A stretch of 64,000 nt of DNA, taken from positions 5,340 through 69,339 of the forward strand of contig DBWI01000014.1 in NCBI GenBank assembly GCA_002308915.1, written 5' to 3'. The stretch is from Christensenella sp. UBA1242. Lineage in GTDB: Bacteria; Bacillota; Clostridia; Christensenellales; UBA1242. Positions 1 through 10,476 of the stretch are shown piece after piece. The notes beneath the pieces are model-generated. The model was not told the origin of the DNA. It searched no databases and saw nothing but the letters and a program-made list of their open reading frames with translations. The position numbers and the translations under genes are program-made. How positions within the stretch are numbered: position 1 is the first letter of the stretch; each line of letters starts with the position of its first letter.

Positions 1-3000
1 TCCAGTTAGTCATTTGATAACCTTTTGTGTAATAAGTGTTGTAATATGCTACTATGCTGTAATTAGGTAAAATATCTTCAAAATCGGTTCTAAATGTGTA
101 TGGTGAATTGTATGTTACTTTGTCAACGGTAATAACATAACCAGACATTGTGTAAATTACATTATATACATCATATTCCCAAACAGCATAAAGATGAATT
201 GTTGAATTTTCTGTTGTTGACAAGTCAAATACTTCTTGACCATCTTCATATATTACTGCTGTTGTTGGATAAAGTGCCCAACCAACAAAGTGCTTGTTTG
301 TAACACCAGAATATGTACACAATGGCAAATTATATCTTTCGCCACAATGTACAACAAGATTATCCATTGTTCCAGTTGCTTCAGTTGAGTTTTTCTCAAA
401 TACAACTGTATATTGATTACCTTCCCAAACTGCAAATAACCAAGCATATCCAAGATTGTCAACATAGTTAAACATCATATTTGTTTGTGATTGATTTAAA
501 ACTTGTTTGTCGGTATATGTTGGTTGTGTGGCATTTGGATCCAATGACCAACCCAAGAACTTGTAACCTTGCTTAGAGAAAGTATTTTCTGCAAGTGGTA
601 TTGAATAGTTTGTAACACTTCTTGTAACAAGTTCTGTGTATTCTATTTCATTGCTAGAGGTTTTTCCACCATTGCCTTTATAGATAATTGAGAATGTATT
701 TTTTCTCCATTGTGCATAGAAAGTTGTGTCTTTTGTTATAACAAATTGAGATTCGCCATCCCATTCTTCACCTGTTGATGCTGTCCAATTAAGGAATGTG
801 TAACCTTCAACAACTGGTTTGTTTGGTTCCAAAATCTCTTGACTCCAAACTGCATACAAAACAAGCTTTCCAACACCATCATATCCACTCTTGCTTAAAT
901 CAATAACATCATTTTCGGCATAAACTACTTCACCATTTGGTGTGAGAGCCCAACCTAACAATTGGTGTGTTAATATTCTTGATGTGTTTGTTCCTATTCC
1001 ACTTTCATTAAACACAACTTGTGATTGTTTGGTAAAGTATTTTTCATTATAACCGTATGTGTTTGAAAGACTGAAATTTGATTGATAGTCAAGTGTTGGT
1101 TTTTCTCCAACTCCACCATTTGCATCAAATGTTATTGTGTTTGGAACAAAGTATGCATAAAGCATTTGTCTGTATTGATTTGTGTTATAGAAAACAAGTG
1201 TATCATTTGTGACTTGAGTTCCCTTTCCAAAATATTCTGTAAACCAACCAACAAATTTGTAACCTTCTCTTTGAAGTTCTGGAAGTGGACGGATATCACC
1301 AAATTTTCCTGTTCCATTGTCATATCTTACAAAGAAGTCTTCTTCAACATTTTGTCCATTTTCGTCTTGATAGTTGTGATTTAATACTATTTGGAAAATA
1401 TTTGAAACCAATGTTGTTTCGTATCCACCTGTTGTGTAACGAAGAATTTGAACAATATCTGAGATGTCAATACTACCATCAAGGTTTACATCACCATAAT
1501 TGATATCAAACCATTGATTATCTTGTTGCATTCTTGCAATAAATTCTTCTCTTTCACGTGAATCTAATACTGTGTAATTTGAAAGAATAACTGCATCAAC
1601 AAGGTCAAGTACTTCATCATCATTTACATCTCCAGGCAAACGTGAAACAACAATAATTCTGCCTGCATATGCGATAAAATCTGTTTTGTTTCCTTTTTGA
1701 TCTGTAAACTTATCTTTGTTGTCTTTGTTTGTTACTTGAATATAAAAACTATCTGCTGGAATTTTAACTCTTGGCAATTGGAATGTTAATGCAAGTATTG
1801 TTCCATCTGACTTGTAATCTGTTCCACTTTGTGCAACTGACACATTAAGGTGGTCATCATATAATCTAAATGAATCAATTGAACTGCGTCCGTTCAAGAT
1901 ATTACCAAGTTTGTAGGAAACAAGCGTAAGTTGTGAATCAAAGTTTACAGTAAAGTTCGCTGCTGTTATTCCACTGTTTGCGTGCAAGTCAACAAATACT
2001 GTAACTTGTTCTGTCGCTGGTACAACATAAGCATTTTGAACAACAACTCTTGGAAGTTTTTCTATTTCTTCTCTTGAATTTACATCTAATGTTGTTGTGT
2101 ATTCACATTTAACGCAAGTGCAAACAACTTTATCGTCTATTTCACTTGTTTTATACATATGTTCTTCAACAAAACCACAATTGATACAAAAGTGACCATG
2201 AGAATCATGATAAGAAGCCAGAGTTTCTCTTGGATAATCAAAGTTGTGTGGTTTTAGTGCAGTCCTTTCACCATTCTTGACAACAAGGTCTTCTACAAGA
2301 ATTCCATCTGTTTCACTTGCTAAAACACAAATATCTCCTGTGTAACCATATTCTGAACAAGTTGCCTCTCTTTCTCCAACAATTGTTGTTGCAAATTCTT
2401 TTGCAATATATGAAATTCGTTTCTCGCCACAAATTGAACACCACTCTTCTTTGTAACCATAAACTGTAACGTATGTTCCATCATCACTAAGGTTATATTC
2501 TGTTACAACAACTTTTTGTTGGTCATATTGTTCTGCACACTTGATAACAAAATCCAATTCTTCAACAATGTTGTCATATCTAATGTAACCTTTTACTGAA
2601 CCTGTTTGTGTTGTATCTAGTTCAAATGTTGCATCTGCAAATACATTCGTTTTTGTTCCGTTGTAATACTCGCCTTCAAGGTCATTTGTTCTTAAAACAT
2701 CAAACAAAGTAACTTCTTGATTTTGCATAAATGTTTTTGTGTAATCACTTGGAACTTCTATTTTGTAAACTTTGTTTTTCTTTGCGTAATAACCATTTTC
2801 TATGGTATAAATTGTATTATTATCAACATCATAAATCTTAATGGTAATTGCTCTTAATGCATGTTCTGTTGTGCTTGTGTTCTTTGAGTCAAAACCATAA
2901 ACACCAACAACTGTGTAATTAACTTTTCTTTGGAATGTTGAACCACTTTCTGTTGTTGTAACTAATTTTACATCTAAATTATCTATTACAAAGTATCTAT

Positions 3001-5716
3001 CTCTACCATCATAAACCAAATCTTTTGAATATTCTGCAAATTCTGGATCTGTGCATTTTTCCGTACTGAATGAATATTCTAATTTCTTTTTATCGGTACG
3101 AATTTGATATGTGTTTTTGTTTGCAGCTTTAATTGAAGTCAAATCATTTTCTTTTTGATTTGGGACCCAAACGTGTGGTTTTGATTCTATATGATTATCC
3201 TTTGAACCACCGAGAGCATGTTCATTTTTATAATCATAAGTTGCAGAAATTGCTGTTACTTCTGAAAATACCTCTTTAATATTTTTAAGTGAAGTTGCAT
3301 AACCAGTAATTCCACCAGCCCAAACATTTATGTATGGATATCTGATAGATAATCCAGCATACATATAACTTTCTGCTTTAACAATTATTTGAACAGAAGC
3401 AGCAGCATAACTGTTTTTAAGCAAACCACCATTAAGTCCAACCAAACCGCCGCCATAAACACTATTTCTATTATTTGAATCTTCGTTTGCAGAATAATAT
3501 CTGATTGCGCTTCCTTTAACTGTTGTTGATTCTATTTTGCAATAAGAAACCTCGCCATAGTTTTCTCCAACAATTCCACCAACATACATAGAAATTGCTT
3601 TGTTGATTACTTCTGTGTTGGTTTCTGTTGCTTTTCTGCCTGCTTCAACAGAAGAATTGCTTACATAACAAGAAATTATTCTTCCATTGTTTACAGCAGC
3701 AATAGTTCCTGCAACAATCTTTTTGGCATCATCATTGGTCTTGTATTCATAAACAGAGATTTTGTCAAACTCCAAATATTCAACAACTCCACTTCCACCA
3801 ATAACTCCAAATATTGATGCTGTATCTTTTGATGCCACATTAATTTTTACATTTTTAATTACGTGTCCACCACCATCAAATGTTCCGTTATATTGATTTA
3901 TGTCTGAATAAAGTGGATCAAGTTTATCATTGCCAAAATCCAAATCTTTGACAAGCATATAACACTTATCATTTTTTGTCTCGTTATATATCAATTTAAA
4001 TTGTCTTGTTGTTCCAATAACATAAGGATCATCAATTGTTCCCTTACCACCCAAATATGTTGAATCGTCATATAATCTAAAATTGATGGTATAAAGAGCA
4101 ATATCACCATAAACAGGGTCTTTGTAAACAAGACTTGCTTGGAAATTATTGTAAGTTTTAATTGTGTAATATCCTTTTGTCAAGTCTTCTTCAAGATATT
4201 GTTTGTTTGAATTAACCACTTCATAAAATTCATATCTGAATAATGTTGAATCCAAACCAAATTGATTACAATATGGAACAATTAGTTGATTTAGATATAT
4301 TGTTTCACCTGACAAAACATTTCCAAATACGTTGGCATTTGTATCATTTTTTGTTACATATCTTTGTCTGCCATCTTGTTCTTTTACAAGATAAGATGAA
4401 CCAAGTCCAACAATATATTCAACATCTTTTAGCATTTGTCTGTATGCAGCTTCTTGCAAGGTATCCAAACGATTTAATGTGTTTTGAATTTCATTTATTG
4501 TTAAATAGTCGTCTTGACCTTCACCATAATAATATTTCGCTTCACATCTTGCTTGACCAGTCATGTCAGAATTTTGCAAGAATATTTGAGACATTTGATA
4601 TGAACTAATAAACCTTATAAAATTTATCATTGTCATATAGTCATAATATACTTGTGATGCAAAATCTAGTGAAACAAGAGAAGCGTTATCTGTGATGTAA
4701 CTTTGATTTGAAGAAACATAATCATAGTAATAGTGTCCAATTGATTGTCTTGTATTTGAACCAATGTAATATTCAGTGAACATATCTAGATATGAAGCAC
4801 CATTTGATCTTGCACCCATTAAAGCTTTGTAAAGATTTTTGTATGTTCTTTCAATCTCTTCATCACTTGCATTTTTTGTTACACTTGTGGCAAGATCGCC
4901 AAATGAATTACCTTTTTCAAATCCATATATATAATTTTTGAGAATATTATAACTGAAATTACCCGAAGTTGAATAAATAAAATCTGTTACTTGTGTTTTT
5001 GCATAATATGCTTCAAACGACTCATCAATCTTATTCAAAACTCTGTCAATTTCTTCTGTAAGTTTTGTAGAAAGTTCTGCAATTTGTCTTTTTACATCAT
5101 CAATTTCACGACTTATTTTATCAAATTGGTCATTAAGTCTTGCTTCCATCATTTGAAGTTCACTTTGTGAAGTTTCGCCAATATGGCACCACTTTAATAT
5201 CATATCAAAAGCACCATCAACGGCAGCACCAGCAGCCGGTGAACCAAAATATGCTGTAGCAGCAAGGGCAGCACCACTCTTAATTATATTAACACTATAT
5301 TTTAACCAATCAACTGCACCATCTTTGGTTACTGCGTCATAAATCATATCATTGAGTGATGATGCTGCTTTTACACCGTAGTTTACCATGGCAGTTTTGG
5401 TTGCATTATCATATTTACCTTTGTTTGCTGGGTTTGCAGCAGCATTTGCACCTGCATTGTTTGCATTGGCCACTTGGTTGTTTTGAGCATTAACAATTTG
5501 TTCATTGTTGTTGCCATGCCCATCATTTTCTAAAAAATCACCAATATCTATTTCGCCATCAACATCAATGTTAACTTCTCCACCATCATCAGGCGGAACA
5601 GCATATACTTGTTGTGCATTTGTTGAAAAACAATTTATTAACAAACCAAATGAACAAGCCAAAAGAGTAAATACTAATGATAAAAATATAAAACTTTTTT
5701 TATTTTTATTAATCAT
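1..5716 (-). CDS. giant secreted surface protein, truncated by the window edge (about 1905 codons visible), with cohesin-like, dockerin-like and Listeria-Bacteroides-type repeat modules
   Basis: Open minus-strand frame from ATG 5716-5714 (RBS GGAGG 5730-5726) to the window start. It is absent from the ORF track because it has no stop in the window. N-terminus MINKNKKSFIFLSLVFTLLACSF is a signal peptide. G-rich GGxVGxNxG (GLUG-like) repeats lie at ~3300-3900 and a Cys-rich segment at ~2100-2500. A cohesin-like module lies at ~1640-2080. Dockerin-type repeats GDVNDDEVLDLVDAVILSNY and GDVNLDGSIDISDIVQILRY lie at ~1430-1640. GYxFxGW repeats occupy 1-1400; the frame was checked at 1510, 1633 and 4. 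Confidence 0.8.
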   Translation of the reverse strand, partial: MINKNKKSFIFLSLVFTLLACSFGLLINCFSTNAQQVYAVPPDDGGEVNIDVDGEIDIGDFLENDGHGNNNEQIVNAQNNQVANANNAGANAAANPANKGKYDNATKTAMVNYGVKAASSLNDMIYDAVTKDGAVDWLKYSVNIIKSGAALAATAYFGSPAAGAAVDGAFDMILKWCHIGETSQSELQMMEARLNDQFDKISREIDDVKRQIAELSTKLTEEIDRVLNKIDESFEAYYAKTQVTDFIYSTSGNFSYNILKNYIYGFEKGNSFGDLATSVTKNASDEEIERTYKNLYKALMGARSNGASYLDMFTEYYIGSNTRQSIGHYYYDYVSSNQSYITDNASLVSLDFASQVYYDYMTMINFIRFISSYQMSQIFLQNSDMTGQARCEAKYYYGEGQDDYLTINEIQNTLNRLDTLQEAAYRQMLKDVEYIVGLGSSYLVKEQDGRQRYVTKNDTNANVFGNVLSGETIYLNQLIVPYCNQFGLDSTLFRYEFYEVVNSNKQYLEEDLTKGYYTIKTYNNFQASLVYKDPVYGDIALYTINFRLYDDSTYLGGKGTIDDPYVIGTTRQFKLIYNETKNDKCYMLVKDLDFGNDKLDPLYSDINQYNGTFDGGGHVIKNVKINVASKDTASIFGVIGGSGVVEYLEFDKISVYEYKTNDDAKKIVAGTIAAVNNGRIISCYVSNSSVEAGRKATETNTEVINKAISMYVGGIVGENYGEVSYCKIESTTVKGSAIRYYSANEDSNNRNSVYGGGLVGLNGGLLKNSYAAASVQIIVKAESYMYAGLSIRYPYINVWAGGITGYATSLKNIKEVFSEVTAISATYDYKNEHALGGSKDNHIESKPHVWVPNQKENDLTSIKAANKNTYQIRTDKKKLEYSFSTEKCTDPEFAEYSKDLVYDGRDRYFVIDNLDVKLVTTTESGSTFQRKVNYTVVGVYGFDSKNTSTTEHALRAITIKIYDVDNNTIYTIENGYYAKKNKVYKIEVPSDYTKTFMQNQEVTLFDVLRTNDLEGEYYNGTKTNVFADATFELDTTQTGSVKGYIRYDNIVEELDFVIKCAEQYDQQKVVVTEYNLSDDGTYVTVYGYKEEWCSICGEKRISYIAKEFATTIVGEREATCSEYGYTGDICVLASETDGILVEDLVVKNGERTALKPHNFDYPRETLASYHDSHGHFCINCGFVEEHMYKTSEIDDKVVCTCVKCEYTTTLDVNSREEIEKLPRVVVQNAYVVPATEQVTVFVDLHANSGITAANFTVNFDSQLTLVSYKLGNILNGRSSIDSFRLYDDHLNVSVAQSGTDYKSDGTILALTFQLPRVKIPADSFYIQVTNKDNKDKFTDQKGNKTDFIAYAGRIIVVSRLPGDVNDDEVLDLVDAVILSNYTVLDSREREEFIARMQQDNQWFDINYGDVNLDGSIDISDIVQILRYTTGGYETTLVSNIFQIVLNHNYQDENGQNVEEDFFVRYDNGTGKFGDIRPLPELQREGYKFVGWFTEYFGKGTQVTNDTLVFYNTNQYRQMLYAYFVPNTITFDANGGVGEKPTLDYQSNFSLSNTYGYNEKYFTKQSQVVFNESGIGTNTSRILTHQLLGWALTPNGEVVYAENDVIDLSKSGYDGVGKLVLYAVWSQEILEPNKPVVEGYTFLNWTASTGEEWDGESQFVITKDTTFYAQWRKNTFSIIYKGNGGKTSSNEIEYTELVTRSVTNYSIPLAENTFSKQGYKFLGWSLDPNATQPTYTDKQVLNQSQTNMMFNYVDNLGYAWLFAVWEGNQYTVVFEKNSTEATGTMDNLVVHCGERYNLPLCTYSGVTNKHFVGWALYPTTAVIYEDGQEVFDLSTTENSTIHLYAVWEYDVYNVIYTMSGYVITVDKVTYNSPYTFRTDFEDILPNYSIVAYYNTYYTKGYQMTNW

Positions 5717-7835
5717 TGTTTGTTTCCTCCTTGTAAATTGTTATTGAATTAGACAACATTATTGGAGTCATTTTTATAAAATCTTTAACATAATTAGAAG
5801 TTTCAAGTATGTCAATTTCATAATCCCCAACAGGCAAGTGCTTATCTACTTGGAATCTAAGTTCAAACACTTCTGCATAGTTGTTTGAAAGTGTTACTTC
5901 ATTTGTTGATATCCAAGAAAAACTTAACTGATGATCAACAGAATCAAGTGTTAAATTGTATTTGTCTTGAACATTAAACATATTTTTAACAACAATATCA
6001 CTTAAAGTTAAATTTAGGTTGCTATTGTATGATAAATTGATTTCTAGTGCATTGAATGATGTTACTGCAATAACATAAACACTAACACTAATATATTGAG
6101 TTGTTCCAACTTCAACTTGCGTTGGCTCTATGTAAATAATTGGTGTTTGTATAACTTCATAAACAGCATAAATATCCATATCTTCTTGAACATTATTAAA
6201 CTCTTTATCCCAACCTGCAAAAATATAACCTTTTTCTATTGAATCCCAATCAATTTGTATATCATTTTCAAGATAAGGTGCTTGGGCACTTGTACCATGA
6301 TATACTTTTTCAGTTGATATCAATTTTTTGTTGTAATCATAAAAACTAACATTGTATGTTAATTCTTTGTATGTTGCAACTACAGTTATGTCTGTTTCAA
6401 CGTTTGTAAACTCACAACTCCAACCATCAAATGTGTAGCCGTCTCGTGATGGAAGTATTGGTGCTGTTGCATCGCCGCCTTCGTCAACAACTTGAACTTT
6501 TAATTCTGTGTTATCATAATCAACAAAAGTTACTGTGTATTGTTTGATGTATACAGCATTAATTTCTATGTTTGCTAATATATTTGTCAAATTTCCTTCC
6601 CAATGGTCAAATCTGTAACCTGTTCTTGTTGGATCAACAACAGGAACTGTTGCATTTTTGCCATAGTCGACAACTTGAACTTCATAAACTGAAAAATCAT
6701 AGTCTAGGAAAAGAACTTCAAATGTTTGAACATATTGAGCATAAATAACCATGTCTGCAATTACTTCGCTGAAATCTCTGCTCCAAGAATCAAATCTGTA
6801 GCCAGGTCTGTTTGGATTTTCTGGTGCAACTGCTGAATGGCCAACTACAACATTTTGTTCATAACAAACCACATCATCAACCAAAACTCCAAGTGGAGTG
6901 TTGTCGTAATCTAAAAATTTGACATTAAATGTTTTAAGTCCATAAACTGCCTTAACTACTAAATCTTCTGTTACATTTGTAAATACATTATTCCAACCAT
7001 AGTGAATAAAATCAGGTCTTTCTGGTAATTCTGGCGCCGTTGCATCGCCACCTTCATCAACAACTTCAACTTTTAATTCTGTGTTATCGTAATCCAAGAA
7101 AGTAACTGTGTATTGTCTTACATAAACTGCAACAATATCTATATCTGCCGTTATATTTGTGTAAGCACCTTCCCAATGATCAAATCTATAATTTTCTCTT
7201 GTTGGGTCTTGTGGTGCTGTTGCTGAATGTCCATGTTCTATAACTTGTACAGTTACCATTTCTCCACCAATATTAACTCCAATTGGTTGATTGTCGTAAT
7301 TCAAAAATCTTACATTGTATGTTGCTACCCTGTAAGTTGCTTTTACTATTAAATCTTGTGTTACATTAGAATATTGATTGTCCCAATGATCAAAAACATA
7401 TTCTTCTCTTGTTGGATTTTGTGGCGCAACCGCATTACTCCCTTCATCAACAACTTGAACTTTTAGTTCTGTATTATCGTAATCAGCAAAAGTAACTGTC
7501 CATTGTTTTACATAAACAGCATTAATAACCAAATCTTCTGTTACATTTGAGAACTCTTTATCCCAACTATCAAATCTGTAGCCCGCACGAGTTGGGGTTT
7601 GTGGCGCAACTGCTGCATGACCACTTTCAATTTGTTGTTCATAAACAACATTACCGTCTATTGTAACGCCAATTTGTGTGTCGTCATGGTCAACAAATTT
7701 TACTGAATATGTTGTTGGCGCTGGCTGTTCCTGACAAGAACAAGAGCAAGCAATAAGTACATTCGAAAGCAAAGCAATAAAAGCAAAAACAAGTACTATG
7801 CTTACAATATTCAAAAACTTGTATCTTTTGTTCAT
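5709..7835 (-). CDS. secreted/lipoprotein-like repeat protein with C-terminal cohesin-like domain (708 aa)
   Basis: ATG 7835 follows GGAG at 7841-7844. The N-terminal signal peptide ends LSNVLIAC (lipobox-like). About 8 tandem ~70-aa repeats fit YxVxFxDYDxxxxxxxVxxGxxAxAPxxPxRxGYxFDxW (Listeria-Bacteroides repeat type). The last ~140 aa look like a cohesin beta-sandwich. The stop overlaps the next start (ATGATTAA). Confidence 0.8.
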   Translation of the reverse strand: MNKRYKFLNIVSIVLVFAFIALLSNVLIACSCSCQEQPAPTTYSVKFVDHDDTQIGVTIDGNVVYEQQIESGHAAVAPQTPTRAGYRFDSWDKEFSNVTEDLVINAVYVKQWTVTFADYDNTELKVQVVDEGSNAVAPQNPTREEYVFDHWDNQYSNVTQDLIVKATYRVATYNVRFLNYDNQPIGVNIGGEMVTVQVIEHGHSATAPQDPTRENYRFDHWEGAYTNITADIDIVAVYVRQYTVTFLDYDNTELKVEVVDEGGDATAPELPERPDFIHYGWNNVFTNVTEDLVVKAVYGLKTFNVKFLDYDNTPLGVLVDDVVCYEQNVVVGHSAVAPENPNRPGYRFDSWSRDFSEVIADMVIYAQYVQTFEVLFLDYDFSVYEVQVVDYGKNATVPVVDPTRTGYRFDHWEGNLTNILANIEINAVYIKQYTVTFVDYDNTELKVQVVDEGGDATAPILPSRDGYTFDGWSCEFTNVETDITVVATYKELTYNVSFYDYNKKLISTEKVYHGTSAQAPYLENDIQIDWDSIEKGYIFAGWDKEFNNVQEDMDIYAVYEVIQTPIIYIEPTQVEVGTTQYISVSVYVIAVTSFNALEINLSYNSNLNLTLSDIVVKNMFNVQDKYNLTLDSVDHQLSFSWISTNEVTLSNNYAEVFELRFQVDKHLPVGDYEIDILETSNYVKDFIKMTPIMLSNSITIYKEETNND

Positions 7836-7897
7836 AAAGTCTCCTTAACTTTTTTATTATACAATAAAAAATTAAAATGTCAAAAATATATTATATC

Positions 7898-7922
7898 AAA
7901 AAAACAGCCGGCTGGCTGTTTT
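7898..7922. terminator. bidirectional rho-independent terminator (leuS / 708-aa gene boundary)
   Basis: Stem ACAGCC(7904-7909)/GGCTGT(7914-7919) flanked by an A-run upstream and a T-run downstream. On the minus strand it gives a hairpin plus T7 right after the leuS stop. Confidence 0.7.
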
Positions 7923-7926
7923 AATT

Positions 7927-10338
7927 TTATTGAATTACATTCAAAATTTTGTTTGGTACATAAATAACCTTTTTGATTGGCAAGTTTGCATCAATGATAT
8001 TTTGTGCTTTAACAACTTCCAAAACAGCATCTTGGTTGCTATCTGTTTGAATTGTTACTTTGCCTTTAAGTTTGCCATTAACTTGAACAGGAATTTCAAT
8101 CTCTGACATAACAAGATTTTTTTCATCATATTCTGGATATTTTTCATCCAATATATCTGTTCCAAACACATTTTCAAATATTTCACTTGTTATATGTGGT
8201 GCCATTGGGTTAAGAATAACCAAAAATTGTTTTAACTCTTCTTTTGTAATGTATCCATCTTCTTTAATCTTTTTAAGGAAAATCATACAAGCAGAAATAC
8301 AAGTGTTAAGTTTAAGATTTTCGTAATCACTTTCTGATTTTTGAATAAGTGTTGCAAGATGATAAGCATGCTCTTTTGTTACACCGCCGTCCTTGACAAT
8401 TTCTTGCAATTTCCATACTTTGTCCAAAAAGTTTACAATACCTTCTATTCCACTATATGTCCACTTGCAATTATCTTCGTAAGCAGCCAAGAAGTGAACG
8501 TGCAATCTTGTTGCATCTGTGCCATATTTTTCGATAACTTCCATTGGTGAAACACCATTTTTTGAGCTCTTGCTCATCTTTTTGCCTTCGTCGTCTAAAA
8601 TAAGTCCACTACCCATTTTTCTTAAGAATGGGTCACGAGTTGGCACTGCACCAATTTCGTAAAGGAAATTTTGCCAGAAGAATGCATACAAAACGTGTCT
8701 TGTGATGTGTTCTGTTCCACCTGTATAGCAGTCAACACTTCCCCAATATTTAAGTTTTTCAAAGTCAGCAAGTTTTTCGCTGTTGTGTGGGTCACAATAT
8801 CTGAGCCAATACCAACTTGAGCCAGCCCAGTTTGGCATTGTGTCTGTTTCTCTTTTTGCATCTCTGCCACACTTTGGACATTTGCAATTAACAAAACTTT
8901 CTACTTTTGAAAGTGGGCTGTCGCCTTTTTCATTTGGTAAATAGTCTTTTGTTGCAGGAAGAACAAGTGGTAAATCTTTTTCGTCAAGTGGAACAATTCC
9001 ACAATTGTCGCAGAATACAACAGGAATTGGCTCGCCCCAATATCTTTGTCTGTTAAATGGCCAGTCTTGCATTTTGTAGTTGGTTTGTACTTTGCCATAG
9101 CCCTTTGCTACAACCATTTCTCCAATTTTCTTTTTTGCTTCCCTAACTGGCATTCCAGAAAATTCTGCAGAGTTGAGCATTTTGCTGTTTGCTTCCAAAT
9201 AATCGTATTTTTCAACAGCTTGTTTTGAGCAATCGCCGTCAATTACTTGTATCATTTCGATACCAAATTTTTCTGCAAACTCGTAATCCCTTTGGTCGTG
9301 ACAAGGAACAGCCATAACTGCACCAGTACCATAACCATTAAGAACAAAGTCTGCAATATATACTGGAACTTTTTTGTTTGTGATTGGGTTTATTGCATAA
9401 ACACCTTCAACTTTTGCCCCTGACTTGTCTTTTACTTGACTAATTCTGTCAAATTCTGTTTTGAGTGTTGTCTTTTTTTGATATTCAACAATCTCGTCAT
9501 AGTTTTTGATATGGTCTTTTAATTTTTCTAGTTTTTCATTTTCTGGTGCAAGGACAATAAATGTCACACCATAAACTGTTTCTATGCAAGTTGTGTATAT
9601 TTCTATGTCATCAATGTGATTATCTTTATCATCAACAAGTTTTAACTTGAGTTGAATACCTTCACTTTTGCCAATCCAATTGCGTTGCGCTTCTTTTAGA
9701 TAATCCGCCATGTTTATTCTGTCAACATTGCCAAGTAGTTTTTCGCTGTATTCCTTCATTTTTAGGAACCAAACATCTCTTTGAACTTGAATAACATCTG
9801 TTCCACATCTGTCACACTTTCCACCTTGGCTATCTTCATTACTAAGAACTGTTTGACATTTTGGACAGAAATTTACTGTACCATTCTTTTTATATGCCTT
9901 GTCATGTTTGAATAGTTGCAAGAAAATCCATTGTGTCCATTTGTAATATTCTTCATCACTTGTGCAAAAACATCTATCCCAATCAAAAGAAAGACCAAGT
10001 TGTTTTGATTGTCCCATAACAAGATTAAAACCATTTGCAACAAAGTCATGTGGGTCTATGCCTGTTTTGATTGCAGCATTCTCGGCAGGAAGTCCAAAAG
10101 AATCTCCACCAATTGGGAACAAAACATTATATCCCTTAAAACGCTTGTATCTTGCAAGTGCATCTGCTGGAACTGTGCCTTTAAGGTGTCCCATGTGAAG
10201 CTTGCCACTTATGTTATAAAATTCATACAATACATAATACTTTGGTCTTGGGTCAAAATCTATGGCCTTAAATCTGCCATCTTTCTCCCATCTGTCTTGC
10301 CATTTTTTTTCTATTGTCTTAAAATCATAAACTGCCAT
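7927..10338 (-). CDS. leuS: leucyl-tRNA synthetase
   Basis: Long ORF with class-I aaRS motifs HMGH (HIGH variant) and KMSKS, CxxC zinc knuckles and a LeuS-type editing insert. The start is placed at ATG 10338 (MAVYDFKTIEKKWQ) behind GGAG at 10345-10348, rather than the upstream track start at 10371. Confidence 0.95.
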   Translation of the reverse strand: MAVYDFKTIEKKWQDRWEKDGRFKAIDFDPRPKYYVLYEFYNISGKLHMGHLKGTVPADALARYKRFKGYNVLFPIGGDSFGLPAENAAIKTGIDPHDFVANGFNLVMGQSKQLGLSFDWDRCFCTSDEEYYKWTQWIFLQLFKHDKAYKKNGTVNFCPKCQTVLSNEDSQGGKCDRCGTDVIQVQRDVWFLKMKEYSEKLLGNVDRINMADYLKEAQRNWIGKSEGIQLKLKLVDDKDNHIDDIEIYTTCIETVYGVTFIVLAPENEKLEKLKDHIKNYDEIVEYQKKTTLKTEFDRISQVKDKSGAKVEGVYAINPITNKKVPVYIADFVLNGYGTGAVMAVPCHDQRDYEFAEKFGIEMIQVIDGDCSKQAVEKYDYLEANSKMLNSAEFSGMPVREAKKKIGEMVVAKGYGKVQTNYKMQDWPFNRQRYWGEPIPVVFCDNCGIVPLDEKDLPLVLPATKDYLPNEKGDSPLSKVESFVNCKCPKCGRDAKRETDTMPNWAGSSWYWLRYCDPHNSEKLADFEKLKYWGSVDCYTGGTEHITRHVLYAFFWQNFLYEIGAVPTRDPFLRKMGSGLILDDEGKKMSKSSKNGVSPMEVIEKYGTDATRLHVHFLAAYEDNCKWTYSGIEGIVNFLDKVWKLQEIVKDGGVTKEHAYHLATLIQKSESDYENLKLNTCISACMIFLKKIKEDGYITKEELKQFLVILNPMAPHITSEIFENVFGTDILDEKYPEYDEKNLVMSEIEIPVQVNGKLKGKVTIQTDSNQDAVLEVVKAQNIIDANLPIKKVIYVPNKILNVIQ

Positions 10339-10361
10339 AATTTTCTCCAATTTCGATTTGT

Positions 10362-10391
10362 ATTTTAGCATTAATTATATATAAAAGTCAA
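10362..10391 (-). promoter_or_regulatory. candidate sigma-A promoter of leuS
   Basis: On the minus strand: TTGACT (10391-10386), 18-nt spacer, TGcTAAAAT extended -10 (10370-10362). The leader is only ~25 nt, so there is no room for a T-box. Confidence 0.45.
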
Positions 10392-10426
10392 AGAAAATAA
10401 AAAAGAGATAATTGATTTATAACATA

Positions 10427-10455
10427 TTGTCAAAAAAATATTGTTATGCTATACT
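10427..10455 (+). promoter_or_regulatory. candidate promoter
   Basis: TTGTCA 10427-10432, 17-nt spacer, TGcTATACT extended -10 (10447-10455). Confidence 0.45.
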
Positions 10456-10476
10456 AATTCACAAAGAAGGTACATT

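Noticed and set aside
253-5747. Short track ORFs (253-465, 1082-1384, 1132-1323, 1285-1503, 4243-4608, 5505-5747) in the left 5.7 kb
   Set aside because: All lie inside or antisense to one continuous minus-strand reading frame (start 5716) with strong protein-like repeat structure. They have no RBS and low-complexity composition.
8341-10368. Multiple 60-119-aa ORFs on both strands within leuS
   Set aside because: They are embedded in a well-supported aaRS gene and are out-of-frame or antisense translations rich in Phe, Leu and Cys, as expected from AT-rich DNA.
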